From Tubiluchus corallicola (lineage: Eukaryota > Animalia > Priapulida), in the NCBI GenBank assembly GCA_030141605.1, contig JAQGDQ010000012.1:1258359-1322358 (forward strand): a stretch of DNA of 64,000 nucleotides. Direction: 5' to 3'. A model generated the notes under the pieces. The model did no database searches. It was given only the letters and a program-made list of their open reading frames with translations, and was not told where the DNA came from. Shown here in pieces: positions 1 to 13,736 of the stretch; positions within the stretch are counted from its first letter, which is position 1, and every line of letters begins with the position of its first letter. The position numbers and the translations under genes were made by a program.

Positions 1-3000
1 TTTTGACGTGGTAGACTTAAAATGCGTTTGTTGTGTTTTGAAAACTTTGAGAACACTGGTATCAAATTTTACTTGCTAAACAGCTATTGTAGCCTGAATA
101 AGAAATTTACTGCATTTTGGTTCTCAAAATATTGCCTTTTTAAATTGGGCTTTAACAGTAATTATCAACAGAACTACTCTATTTTTTGCTGTAGAAACAT
201 GTATCATATGAATGTTTGACTTTTTTTACGAATCATCATCGTCTGCACTGTGAGCGTATGCTCTGTCCCACGTCCGCCTTAGCAAGACTTTACGACACTG
301 TTGGAATGCAACACAGTGGCGTGATCAGGAAATTGGTTGTCAAGATTTGTGGTTTGACGCCGGAAGCCGATTGACGCCACCACGGCAGAACAGGCTGTCC
401 TCGAAATTAGCGAAACTGGCGTAGAAAGAAAGAGAAAAGCTCAAGTCCATCACTTACTCAATCCCAATCATTAGATATGTTGATAATAAAAAATCTTTCG
501 TATCATAGACCTTCCTAAGAGATTTTTTATTAATGTGTTTTTTGTATTTTAAGGATCTGTAATGTTTTAGCATATATGATTTTTATATTTTTATTTTCAA
601 TATTGACCACTTTATAAGTTTCAAACCAAACTTGAGAATCCTTAATAGAATGTAATTGGAATGTGCCGTAAAGGCGTAGTTTCATTAAAACTTATTTAAT
701 TTGAATTATATTAGTAATTTCTTGGGAGGGAAGTGTGTTAGCGTTATTTTTGTTCTCTGCAAGCTTGTACCTAACATTCAGCGACATTATTTATTTTATT
801 CTAATTTGATTTTTTTAGGAAATGTTCAGTTAGAGTGCCAAAGCATAAGATGTAAAAGCTAAACATAGTTAAGAAATTCCTAAGATCTGCCTGAGAATGT
901 GATGATCCTGCAAAGAATTTGCTGTTGTTATTTTACACCTGCTATGTATGGCACTGCCACATGTAGGACCTAGGGTCAGTGTTAAACGTTTTCTAAATTC
1001 GTACTTGTCTAAAACTAAATGTTTCTAAAACTAAATGTCTGTCTAACCCCTGCAAGACGACCCTTAATTACACATAAAAGGTGATTTGCATGTTGATTGT
1101 CCAGTGTCCATCCACCCGGATAATTACGGCCAACTAAGGAATGCTGATCTGTTAATTTCTTTGTGACAACTTTTCTACACAAGGCGAAAAACTTGAGAAA
1201 AATGCGCTTGCAAGTCTTTCGAGCCTTTTTTGTCTTATGAGTATGCATATCAGCATGAGCATCACTATGAAGTATGCATAGCTGTAACTATAGTGACATT
1301 TTTAGACTTTGGACGAGATGCAATTTCAAACCTGTTGGGTCGTCTTTCGTGCTTTATTGAGTAATACATGTATGTATACATTGTATGAGCAGAACTTTTT
1401 GCCGTTTCCCAAAAAGTACATCGGAAAAGTAGTTATAGACAGGACTGGCTAGATCTAAACCTCTGAGTCTGCCGTATTTGCAATCGTAGTTATAATTAGG
1501 TTTTGCGGATTTCAGAATAAATTAAAATTTTGTAAATAGTAAATACATGTATGAGCGCCGGCTAAAGATGTCAACATACAGATTGAATTCAGTTTATATT
1601 CGTCAGTTTGCTCCGCTATTTGTTACGTTCTTGAGGCTTATTTGCCTTCTTAACACAAAAAAGACAATGTTGATTGTGCCTGCGGTTTTTGTGTCATTTA
1701 TCTTTAATTTTTTCAAATGCACGGTTTTCTAATAAGGTTTGCATAATGGTGAAATGTTAGCAATCTCGATCTGAAAACTACACGAAATTTTAGTGCTTGC
1801 AAGACGCATTGCAGGTGATAATTATTCAGAAACCTTCGGTCAACGTCAACACTGAAGTTTTTGCGCTGAAAGTATGCCAATAATCTATTCACACTCTTCT
1901 GGTATGCGATTTAGATATATAGTTACTTAGGATGTCCTACTTTCAAAACTGTGCACCGGGGCTGATCCAGGACAAAATGCAATGTAAACATCTCGAAATG
2001 CATTGAATATCAGCTGTCACTTTATACGATTTGAGCTCCAAAACTTCGGTTCTTATGTTTGGGTGTGTGTGTGTGTGTGGGGGGGGGGGCTATAGTTAAG
2101 ACGTGATGTGCATGCACATTTATTATTATTTCGAATTGGTTCAAGTTTGTTTAAGTGAGCTTCGCGCTTACAAGCATAAATTAGATTACAAACATTCGCA
2201 GCATATTTTGCACGCAACAAGTGAATAATAATTAATCATACAGTGACGACTAGGTATTTTGCTCCTGTATATAACTATATATTTTTATTGTACAGATTGA
2301 TACTGAGCTGTACTGCTCAGTTTACAGTCAAATGTTGACGTATTGCTGGGAGATGTAAACGCCGATTTGTTTTGCCAATATTTGGCGTAGGTTTAGGTTA
2401 TAAAGTTATAATGGCTATATTTAGTGAAATAACTGCGTTTAACTGAACTTTTATAATTTACTAGAATCAGGTATATTATTATTTGTACACGAGAGAGTCA
2501 ACAATTCGTCAATTTTGTTTCAATTTACAAAACGTTAAAATGAAACGACGTTTACCGGGGATGATGCGTATTAAGGGGTGTGAAATTAACATGAAGAGGT
2601 CAAAAACGCATGAAAACAAAATGCTCGCCAAGTTTTTACACCATTTATATAAATCAAAAGAAAATCCCAGAAAATTAATGTTAGGAAGCGGTTTTGACGT
2701 CTATTCCAGGGTTAGACGTAATCAATCCATTTAGGTTACTTTCATTTAAAAAATGGCCGCCATACAATCTTGCTGGTCATGTAATTATATTAGCTGTTTC
2801 ACTGAAAGATTATAAAAACAAAAAGCAAATTATTTTTATCAATTCAACGTTGTTGAACCTAATAAACTACTAAATCCAAAAAAGACTAAAACAGTCCAAT
2901 AAACACTGTGTCCCCGATACATATTCTGACAGAATGGTGAAAAATTGTTTATATTGCCTAAAAGTTATGAAATTTTCCACGATGTTAGAAAACCTATCAA

Positions 3001-3424
3001 GGAAATTTATTTTGGGTATGGGTCAATCGAAAATTCTCCAATATGGCCGGCATTTTCGTTGTTGATAGCGCATAAATATGACCATATTTTAAATGTCAAA
3101 ACCGATAAGATGATGGTATTGGTGCTTAGATGTAGTTATTCAAGGTCAAAAAGTCCACTTCTGATATTTAAAAGCATCTATGTGACACCACCTATTTAGG
3201 ATTTCAAGATGTTTTCCAAAATGGCTCCAGCCTTTTGTGAAATATATTAGCTATAGTGCATAATCTGCTGAAGTATCTGCATCGTAAATAATACGATGAT
3301 TTTAGTATCTAGATATAGGTTTTAATGACCAAAAATTTTTGGTAGTATCCAATGTCGCCATTTTCAACATGGCTGAAAAGATGGCTTTCGCTAGATCATA
3401 AAATCATAATCATGAAAAAGCCAT

Positions 3425-4200
3425 GGGCACTGCAACAGCATCAACTCCATCAACAGTCCTTGCTAATAATACTCATTCCGACCATGCTTGGCATTTACAG
3501 AGAAAAGAAAAAGATGGCTTGACCAACGTAACAATATCGTGCTTGCACATCACACATTCAATACAGGGTCTGTATAAAACATAACACGTAGATTAAATTT
3601 AATATCTAAGGATTCACAAATATTATACACATGAATCTACCTTATACACACGATTTTTTATACCTGTCACATTCACCTCCGCATTTGCACAGAGCTGTAC
3701 AAACAAGGCTTGCTTAGACACATTTACCCGGCCAGCAACATTTAATAAGCTGTTGACATGCTCCAGGTCTTAAATGTCCAGTGTGGCTCCCATGTCACAT
3801 GAGTGGGCCTCTTCCAGCAAATAATACTGCCCAATAGTCTCCTGTCTGATACTGTGCTCCAGTACTGCGAAAGTTTACGGGCTTTGTTGCCAGCTTTGTC
3901 GTGCAGGAGTACACAAAACGTTTAAGTACAGGCATGACTTCAGTCATCTGCTTAGCTGTAGTAGTATTTCTTAGATATATAAATGCTTCTGTTACCGCCT
4001 AGTCATTTTTTCTTCTTTGAGTAAATGCTGCAAGTCTGGCCGCTGCTAGTATTGGCATCAATTGCTCCACTTTTATGAAAATTCGTCTAGTTTATCTACA
4101 GACTGCGTCTTGAAAACGCCTCAGTCCTTGGATGTACCGCGTTGAACACGGATTAGTGATGCTGACTGCTGAGTTGAATGACTTGAATCAGAATACTAAT
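3425..4200 (-). mobile_element. Decayed Academ-like DNA transposon coding relic (XPG-adjacent region and C-terminal Cys-rich finger)
   Basis: Minus-strand fragments VTEAFIYL..VLKRFV, QYQTGDYW, WEPHWT and CQQLIKCC..LVCTALCKCGGEC, interrupted by stops and frameshifts; family assignment from recalled motif pattern. Confidence 0.55.
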
Positions 4201-4301
4201 ACTACTGCTACTTCGTATCTCAAAATTCTGAGTCTTTTTGTGTTTTTATTCTTTTAAAATTACGTAAGCATTAATCCTGTAAAAACTTAATTATGTTTGG
4301 C

Positions 4302-4807
4302 GGGCACTGCAACAGCATCAACTCTGTCAACAGTCCTTGCTAATAATACTCAATCCGACCATACTTAGCATTTACAGAGAAAAGAAAAAAGATGGCTTGG
4401 CCAACGTAACAATATCGTGCTTGCACATCACACATTCAATACAGGGTCTGTGTAAAACATAACACGTAGATTAAATTTAATATCTAAGGATTCACAAATA
4501 TTATACACATGAATTTACCTTATACACACGATTTTCTTATACCTGTCACATTCACCTCCGCATTTGCGCAGAGCTGTACAAACAAGGCTTGCTTAGTCAC
4601 ATTTACCCAGCCAGCAACATTTAATAAGCTGCTGACATGCTTCAGGTCTTAAATGTCCAGTGTGGCTACCATGTCACATGACTGGGCCTCTTCCAACAAA
4701 TAATACTTGCCCAATAGTCTCCTGTCTGATACTGTGCTCCAGCACTACGAAAGTTTACGGGCTTTGTTAACTGACGTCAGTATGCCAGCTTTGTCGTGCA
4801 GGAGTAC
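4302..4807 (-). repeat. Direct duplicate (~500 bp, high identity) of 3425-3912
   Basis: Both copies start gggcactgcaacagcatcaactc and end gtgcaggagtac; copy 2 has ~15 extra bp (aactgacgtcagtat). Confidence 0.95.
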
Positions 4808-7159
4808 TGTTCTCCTAAACGCAAGATTAGTAGCTACAAAGGAAACTGAGGAAGAAATTAATTTTGGGGAACAAAAAGCAGTGAAAGGCAGCCAAAACCT
4901 CGGCGGTCAATCAAAACTTTTATTCATTGATTAGTACCAGTGCTTCTGGGGTATAATCATTTTAAGCGATTTCCGGCATGCACGTTGGGTCATTCGTTAG
5001 CGTTTGACTTGCTATAGAACTGTGCGTTTCAAAAATTTGTGCATGGTTTCTATCCCAGATTGGTTTTCTATGCATGTTCTATCTTTGAACTTTTTTGTAA
5101 ATCTAAATGTACTGCAGCCGTATTTGATAAATTACTTGATCACCTAAATACTTGATACACAGGGACCAGCGCTTGTCAAAGGCTGACTTCCTGATTGATC
5201 AGATTAGAAGTCATTATGATAATAAAACTGAGAGGAGAGCCTCAAGAATTTAGTAAATTGAAACAGCTCTGAAAGGTCGCCTCGCCGTTTCTTTGGTTTT
5301 TAAACCGAATTTGTGTCAAGGTCTGTGTCCATCGTTTGGAAATAAATGATAAATTCACTAAAAACGTGTAACATTCCTTTCCTACACGGTGGTGAGTTTA
5401 AGCGTATAACTGTATAACAAGTAGCATTCCTCGTAGCTTTACCTAGCTGCTTAATTTGCCTACACCAGAGAAGTTCACAGTTATGATGGCTTTAAATGTT
5501 ATTAATTCCTTAAATAGTATCTTTCCTCAGGAGCCTATAATACCTTTTATGCCTTTTGCGAATTTATAAAACTCCTTTCCTCTGAAGCGCAAATGGTTAC
5601 TTTACATATTTAATGGAATTATGAGAAGAAAATGTGCTTATGCCATAGATTAAGAGTGTTTTGTTAAGTTTTTAATATAATTTAAAAGTACTTTTATCCT
5701 TTGGATATTCTAGTTTCAAATACATTATATAACTATATTTAATCAACTAGTCGTAATGCGTGATTGGTTATTAATCTGATGCCGAGGTTGTATGAATTGA
5801 AATTACGGAATTCAACACATGAAGCATCAACCCAGATAGACCTTTTCTTCCTCATAGATATTTCATTTCCTATAATCCATTTCGACAGTTTGGTAAAATA
5901 ATGCGCGGCTGTTTAAAATTTGTGTGGATTTCAAATTCCTCTATGTACACCTGTGTTATGATTTCGGCTTAGTGTGCATAAAAGCTTGTCTGTCCTTTTT
6001 AAATCTTTTTAGTAATTATTAATGTGTAGTTGCTGTGATAGCGTTAGTCGTGAGGAGCGAGTAGTTTTTTTATCCTTTTAAAATGGATTAGAGAATGATG
6101 TAGGAAATCAAATTAATGACAAAATGTATGTTGAAAAATTCGTCTACTCATTGAGATTAATATGATGCTTTTAAGATTGTATTTTGAACACAATTTTTAT
6201 TAGGCCTACATGAATAAGTTTTCTCTATATATGTGTACATGTATTTGGTTGTAAATAGTGCAGATTGAAATATCAATAGAGCATTGAACCAAGGTACTGC
6301 ATGTTAAATTCATTTACAAAATTAACACTAAAAGCAAAAGAGTCCAGAGAAAAAAATTAATCGATTACTTAACACACCACAGTTAGTTTAAATAAAAAAT
6401 TTATTTTCTTAATTCAGACAGATGCACATGACTTTTAGATATTTAACTACTGTTTTTTAACTGGTGGGAACAAATTCTTAGCGCTCAGCCAATGTAATAA
6501 TTATGTTTTTAAAATTCTGCTTTTCATCATGTTCCTTTGTCTGAGAGGAATGGCATCATTTTTGGAAATTATAATAATATCACTGAGTAAACTTGGGAAT
6601 AGCACATAATAAAAACTGCGAATAATCATCAGTCGGTGTTGAACTTTATTTTGGTGGACATTAGTTGTGATATTACATTAATGATGAGATTTAATCCATT
6701 ATTAATTTCAGCAGCATCCGTTATTAAATTTGAACGTCAATCAAATACATCGGCAAACCACTAATCAGTTAAACATAGGGTTTTCTTAATAAATAATGCT
6801 ATGACCTAAATAGCTTTCTCGACTTGAGCGGAATGTGGTATGGTTGTTGCTTATTGCAACTCTGTCGGCTTCTGCTTTGTGTTAAAGGGTACCTCAAAGT
6901 TGTATATTAAAGCTGGGCCTGAAACATCATGCGTTGCAGCCTGAAATAGATTAAATTAGAAATTAGAATGCACTTATAGATTGTAGACTTACAGTAAGTC
7001 ACAATAGATTTGAAAAATTACTAACCTATTCAAAGTTACTATAGCCATGCAAGTATAGGTTCTTTTAAAAGTGCAGGGAATTAAAATAGAAACGGCAAGA
7101 TTAATCTTTAACATTACGCGTGATGAGACTCGGTGTTTTGCTACTAATTTTGCAATGAT

Positions 7160-7270
7160 TTATTATTACTATTCTTACTGTTGTTATAGTCGTCGTTGCT
7201 GTTGTTGTCGTCGTCATGGTCATCGCTGCTGCTGCTGTTGCTGCTGCTCCTGGTGTTGTTATTATTATTA
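7160..7270. repeat. Compound trinucleotide microsatellite (TAT/TGT/CGT/TGC)
   Basis: Direct reading. Confidence 0.9.
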
Positions 7271-10200
7271 ATCGGTAACCTGACATGCTTGTTAACTAAG
7301 CACGTACTAATGGATCTGACATTGTGCTTGCGACTATGAAAGCGGAAAATTTTTCACGTACTAGCCTCACTGCAATGTCTGTTAATTGTCACTCCTCTGC
7401 ACATTGTAGACAGTTTAGATCCTTCCAGCAATCATTTGTTAAATTGTTTTTAATTGGTGGTTGTTATTTGGCATTGACAGTGACAAGCAAACAGCTATAC
7501 TGCATGGCATTCCAGTAGTTGTACACAACCAAGTTACTAGAAAATGGATATTTTCAGAGTTTTAGTTAGACTGTAGAGCCTTAAGGCACCAATTTATTTT
7601 TGCTAAATATTCTTGAAATTGTCGCATATCACTAAATTAGAACAATAACCTAAGCATTGGCTCTATATTAGCTGTTTCGTAATAATAAGTCTATATAGTG
7701 AATAAGATTATTTTTTGTTAATTTCCATTATAAAAGTGAAGATAAATGTATTTATTTACGTTTCTGGATGTGTTCGCTGCAGGCCGGTCAAACAGCTGTT
7801 TTAACTTATATAACCTATATAAGTTTGACCAATGATAATTCACTTGGTTGCTAATTTTCGTTTTCGTTTGTAATAACAATGATGATTTGTACCAAGCTTA
7901 ATAATTTTATAAATGTAATTTCTTTGCTACTGTAATTTTATAAATGTTACAGTAACAAAGACGTGCAATTTTAGTAAGAATTTTAGCAGTAATCAAAAAG
8001 GAGTTTAATATTGTTGAAATAATTCTCGGAATATTTTTGATTCGGTTCATTCTTCTCGTTTTGTGATTTTTTTTGCTCGTGACTTTGTTCATGATATAAA
8101 ATTTGTAAGTTCCACAATATAAAATAATTTCCATAATTCTCTGGTTCGTGGGAAAGGTTTGCCATCGATTCGTATAAATAATAAAATCGTGTAGTACGAC
8201 AAGATTGCTGTTTATGGCCATCGAAAGTATCTGCACCCTGTTGAGGCTACTCCACTCATTGGGGGGCCGTTTCGTGTATGTTTTAATTGCTTGATTTCAC
8301 ACATCTATTGAAAATGGAAAAAGATGTGTCTAATGAATGAGTTTATCTATGCCTCGTGTTACGGTTTTATCTATGTCGGACGTTTGCTAGTTACGTTAAT
8401 TTACATTGATTTATATGATCAGTTGATCACCGCCCCCCCCCCCCCCCCCGTAACTGGTTGCATGTTGTGATTGAAGTCCCCTGTGTGTTATAAACATGTT
8501 GCGCCCGGCATTGCTGAAATTGCTGAGGTAGAGTTGATGAGTTAATGATTGAGTAACTAGTTTTTGTGATTCTGGTTACGCTAGAAATGTTTAATTTGAT
8601 ATCCTCAGCTCCCAACTCAGCACTCATTGCTGTGCCGATATCACCATTTGTTTGTAAGGGGCGATTGGAATGTTTACAAGTTTTCTAACTAGTGTAATTA
8701 CATGCTTTTCATCCAACTGTAGTTGACTGGTGATATGAATGTTAGCCTGGTAAAGTGTGATACCTTCTTATTCATATGTAGAGCCACTGTTGTAGTTATG
8801 TGCGTAGATTTTCCAAGGTTGTCCAACAAATTTTGATCTGATTATTTATTAATCTTATAAACGTGAACATTTATTTAAATACATTGTTATTAGCCAAGGA
8901 ATGTCTGGAACAAGCCTATTTTACACAGTTCAGTAAGGTCTATGTCGGTGTATAGTTTTACGCATTAGTCAGCGGGTGGCTTTCTGGAGAACTAATAGTG
9001 CAAAAGAAACTTGTCCTAGCAGGAATGTTGTGCATCATTTATAAATCTTAAGGTGCAGTCTACTTTTCCTGTCCATGAACATTGAAGGTTTGGTTACGTA
9101 ATCGTAGCGCTTTTAAGAGCTTGGTCATTGAATGGTCAATGGTGTCTTTCAGGGTGTTGGTGGTTGGTAATGCTTTAATGTTGGCAGATTCCTGTAGTTA
9201 GTAGTCAGTGTGGTCAGGCAGGCTTGGCAACATGCCGCTCTATTGTTGACCAGTGAGTGGTCGATACATATTGGCTGTCAGCAGCCTCTCAGTCTATTGT
9301 CTGCAGCTGTTGAAGAATTCACTCAGCCCAAAGACAATAAGCACAAGTGGCAGACATTGGCCTTCGTCCATTAGAGTTGAGAAAGCTATTTTTATGCGGG
9401 ATTTAATGACCGTGTGCATGTAGATTCTTACCATCGTGAGCGACAAAGAAAGTTCGCTGTTAAGAATATTTGACTGTTAAAAAGGTACTGCGCGCCATGT
9501 GGAGTGTGGTCAGGGAAAGTGACCAGCTGGTAGTTTTGTTAAACTCTGTTTAGGTGTACGGTATAACTTGGAAAGATGAAGTAACTAAAGTAAATTGTTA
9601 TTGATTCTGAAAATTATAACAAAATCAAGACTTCGTCATTTTACCTGTGTGCATTGTGCAGGAGAATTTCTAATTTGCCCAGCTAAAGTAAAACACCCAC
9701 TCCTTGCAACACTGCTGCTTTGTCAGGCGCCGTTCTTCCGTTTATTCATAATTTGTCGAAAAGCGTCTCTTTGAACTTTCTCCGATGAACTGTAGTGTGT
9801 TTTTACGTGTTGAGTCTTCTTAACTCTTTGCCTTACGCTCTGCTCACTTCGCTGTGGTCGTTACCGCATTACCTGTACCATTGGGTCTTTGTCCTTTGTA
9901 CATTTTTGTTTAAAGCTCAGCCGCAGGAATGCCATAATATCCCCCCAATTGAAATAGCCCTAATTCCAGGCAGGAATATTGAACAAATTGTAGAACAATG
10001 TGCTGCAGTGTAGAGATAATGCCTATCCTCACGGCCATTGTCTCCGATTATACAGGCTTTACTTGAGCTCAGCTAGCTGTGGAATGTGGCGCTGATCACT
10101 ATTCTCAGCAAAGTGGGGGGGGGGGGGGTAATCCCAAATCAAATTACATGGCTGTTCAAAATTTTTTTGTGAGAAAACTTAAAATTCGGCTTTTGGTATA

Positions 10201-10314
10201 ACTTTCTCATTATTCGCGGACACCATAAATTTTATTTTTAGTACTGTTATTTAATATTTACATTTATTCCTGTCACCTTTTCAAATGATTTTACTGTTGT
10301 TGCTATCCGGCACG

Positions 10315-10483
10315 TACTGAGGCGACGTAGCTTATAACGAAGTAAAAATTAAAGGATTACGACAATATTATTATTCTACCATTTAGAATAGTAAATTTTA
10401 CTATTGCAAATGGTAGAATTGTAAATGGTAATGTAAAATTCACATTACCATTAAAAGCGTGAAGCTACGTGCCTCACGTAGTA
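10315..10483. mobile_element. Small palindromic MITE-like element
   Basis: Terminal inverted tgaggcgacgtagctt (10318-10333) and aagctacgtgcctca (10462-10476), plus two internal hairpins. Confidence 0.6.
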
Positions 10484-12085
10484 AATAGTATTAGGATTTG
10501 CATATGAAAATAGTAAAGCTTAATAACTAACAAATTCGTTTTTAATATCTGTCATCATGTAGTTGCAAACTAAATTCAGACATTTGATAACGATATTTCA
10601 TAGAGCATCGAAATATTGTGGAAAATTAAAATTAAAAAACATTTCACAGTTCACTTCACGTCTTAAGCAGTCTGTCTTTTTTGTTAGCAAAGCACTTGAG
10701 ATGCTAACATGTCTATAAATATAATGTCTTAAAAAATATAAATATCTTTATAATTTAATAAATATAGTTGTAAAGGTCTTAAAATTTCAGACTCGCGTGC
10801 CCACTCAGTTCCCTTGAAGTGTCTTGAGACATCTAACGCTACATAATTTTACTAGCTGAACGGACGGATAAGGAGCAAATGTTGAATTCCATCGTTTCTT
10901 ATTCCCAACATTCTGGCAGAATTCTTTTTGCTTGGCATGCTGCCCACACATCTGCTGCTGCGTTTTCTTGGCTTTGTAATAATTATTTTCGTGCCTTTTC
11001 TGGGTGCTGCGCGCTACATTCCATTCCGAAACGCTCTGCATCTTGCTACACTGTTATTATACGCGGCCTCTGGGCTATTTAACTGGGCGATTGAATCATC
11101 ATTCAAAAGGGGAGCGATAGGAGTCATGGAACGGAGTTTATAATTTTAGACATGAGCTTCATTTGCAGTTTATTTCAGGCGTCGTCTGAGAATCGGGCAA
11201 AGAGCATAAACCGCCATTTCTGAAGCTAATGCAAAAAATATTTTCTGTCTAACAGTTAAACAAGAAATGTATTATTAGTTCTTTATTTGACAGCTGTTAT
11301 TTTATACTTGGCCATTTAAAGCAAAACCGGATCCAATCTTAAAAGTCAAAACAATCTACTGTTTAAAATATTGAAAAGGTATACTATTTTTTCAAAAATG
11401 ACTTACGTGAAAGAATTATTACCACACAAACACAATTTCGCGTTCGCTGTTTACATGCATTTCGCCATTCGCTAGTTAGACGGGCACTAGCGCCTGCATT
11501 TCGGAAAGATGTGTTTGTTTCTGACGAACTACGCACGTTCGACAACTCATGCCTGAGCACAGCGGTAAATTTGAAATTTGAATTTTTATCTTAAAACATG
11601 CCTAGTTTTAGTAGAACACACTGAATATCTTACGTAGTACTGTTCTTCAATTTTCGCTTTCGCAGATACGTGCAACATGCTGTTAGAATATTTTGCTGTT
11701 GAAAATTATGTTAGTTTGTGATGTCTTCAATAGTTGGGCTCGCCCGCCTTTCTAATCTGTTATTTAATTATCAGAAACGCTTTTGCAGTATTAATCGTGT
11801 TAAAATGTATACTTTTTATTGGACTTAAAAATGATGTAGTATATGAAGAATCATTCTGTCTTTCTTTAAATGTTTTGCAGTAAGAGTTGCCTGCGTTTTA
11901 GTTAATTAGACGTACTGACAGCAGGTCACTGCAATGTCAGTTTAAAAACGTCTTAATAACTAGTAAACTAGTGGCTATTGCACAGATTCTTTCATCTTAT
12001 TAGTGCTTGGTGGTGTTGCTGATGCGTTGGTCAGAATCACAGCCAAGCTAGGTTCTCTTGTGAAGCTTATCACACTTCTGCGTAA

Positions 12086-12265
12086 AGCGGCGTTTACCAA
12101 ACATGCGTTACGCGTTATTGCGTGAAAATCACTTTATATTGTTTTTAATGAACCACTTTTATCAGACCTGCGTTATTGCGTTATTTTTCGGTTGCTATTC
12201 CTATTGATTTTTTATGCGTAGCTGAATAGGCAATAACGCATTCCGGATGTCTGGTAAACGTCTCT
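12086..12265. mobile_element. PIF/Harbinger (Tourist)-like MITE
   Basis: 19-bp TIR agcggcgtttaccaaacat / atgtctggtaaacgtctct (3 mismatches), flanked by TAA and TGA. Confidence 0.65.
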
Positions 12266-13626
12266 TGAGAGGGCCTGAAGTCAGGGGGCAGTGTGGTGTA
12301 CGTTGAAAGTTTACTTGAGTAGTTGCGAGAACAGTATTCTGAAATCAGTGGCCAGTAACATACATTGAAAGCTCACCGAAATAGTCATGTGAATCCACTA
12401 CTATTGTTATGCACAGTCATGTGATGACATTTGATGCCCTAAAGTATATTGCCCGGGCTGTACAGCATCTGCTTTACATGGAGAATAGAATTCTACGAGC
12501 TACGCGTGTACCAGTACATGTTGCCTTATTTCAAATTGAGATTCATTGTAGTACGTTACATTAGCAAGTCTTGTGCTTACAACCAAAAAATGCGGGTAAT
12601 TATAATACAAGAATAAGCAAATGCTGGTATTCTGCGAAACTGCCGTAGGGGTGCGCTTCTTGTGCTAAACTAGTAAGGTACTCTAGGATGTAGGTGTGAT
12701 GTGACCCTATAAAGCCCCGTATTACTGTGACAAGAAAAAGAGAAAAAAGCAATCATACACTGAAATTCTAAAGCATTTTTTACTTTACTATTTTTTGAAG
12801 GATGAGGGAATAAATTGATCTGTTTTGTAACAGTAAAATAAAAAAAAACGGTCAATCCGTCTGGAAAGTTTTTTCATCGTTCGCAAAAAATGTTAAAATG
12901 GTTTAGTAATAAGTGCGATAAACGCCTTCTGTGATTAGTAAAATCATTTTAAGTGATAACTGTAAAATAAACCAGTTATGCTCAGTGACTTAAAAAATTG
13001 TTAAAAGAAAGGACAAGCCAGTCTTTCCTTTGACAAATTTTTTTAGGAGCTCATTGCCGCTAGATTGTGGTCCTTCAGTTTTAAACAAAAATCAAAGATA
13101 CAATATAAGAGCAGATTATGCAACACATATATTTAAAAAATTGGAGAAGTTAAGAGCTTTGGCATTTAAAATATGTTACATACACAAATCTATTTATAAA
13201 TGCCGAGCGTGCGTTTAAAATCTGTGGTTGTATAATGAATTAATATTAGCAGATAACTGCGGCGTAATTCTCAGTAGTTTTCTAAGAGTTCCGTCATTGC
13301 CGAAATTGTTGTGTCAGTTAGCAGTTTTTTTTACAACCTTTTTTGTTGCAATAAAATTTTCTATAATTATTTCTGATTAAAGTTCAGTTTGTTTTCTCTC
13401 TTGCAGATTGAATGTAATTTTGCTTATACCCAGCAAAATATATGTATACACTTGCATACACTTCCTGCTTAAGTATTTACAATGGTGAAAAATTTGCGCA
13501 AACAAGCTAATAACACTGTAATCTCACCAGAAACTTAGTCTGAATGAAATATTTACTAGTCTTCAGTGATAACGATGAATGAGTTATTTTTATATTTTTA
13601 TTACATTTTCTTTGTATGTTTTACAG

Positions 13627-13736
13627 ACTGACAAAACCAAAGTCATTTGCTGACTGCACGGGTAATGAGTTACCATATGGATGGGAGGAAGTCTGCGATG
13701 CCAAGCTTGGGATCTATTACATTGACCATATTCACC
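13627..13736 (+). CDS. kibra: KIBRA exon, WW2 domain
   Basis: ttacag|..[36 protein letters not shown]..|gtgagt. Confidence 0.93.

Noticed and set aside
8429-8450. Poly-C and poly-G runs (also 2079-2089, 10115-10128) as G-quadruplex signals
   Set aside because: Simple homopolymers with no supporting context.
1-13626. KIBRA exon 1 (WW1) or a nested gene in the first 13.6 kb
   Set aside because: No GWE..D.DG..YYIDH..TSWIDP-like exon or other convincing spliced ORF was found by eye; treated as intron.
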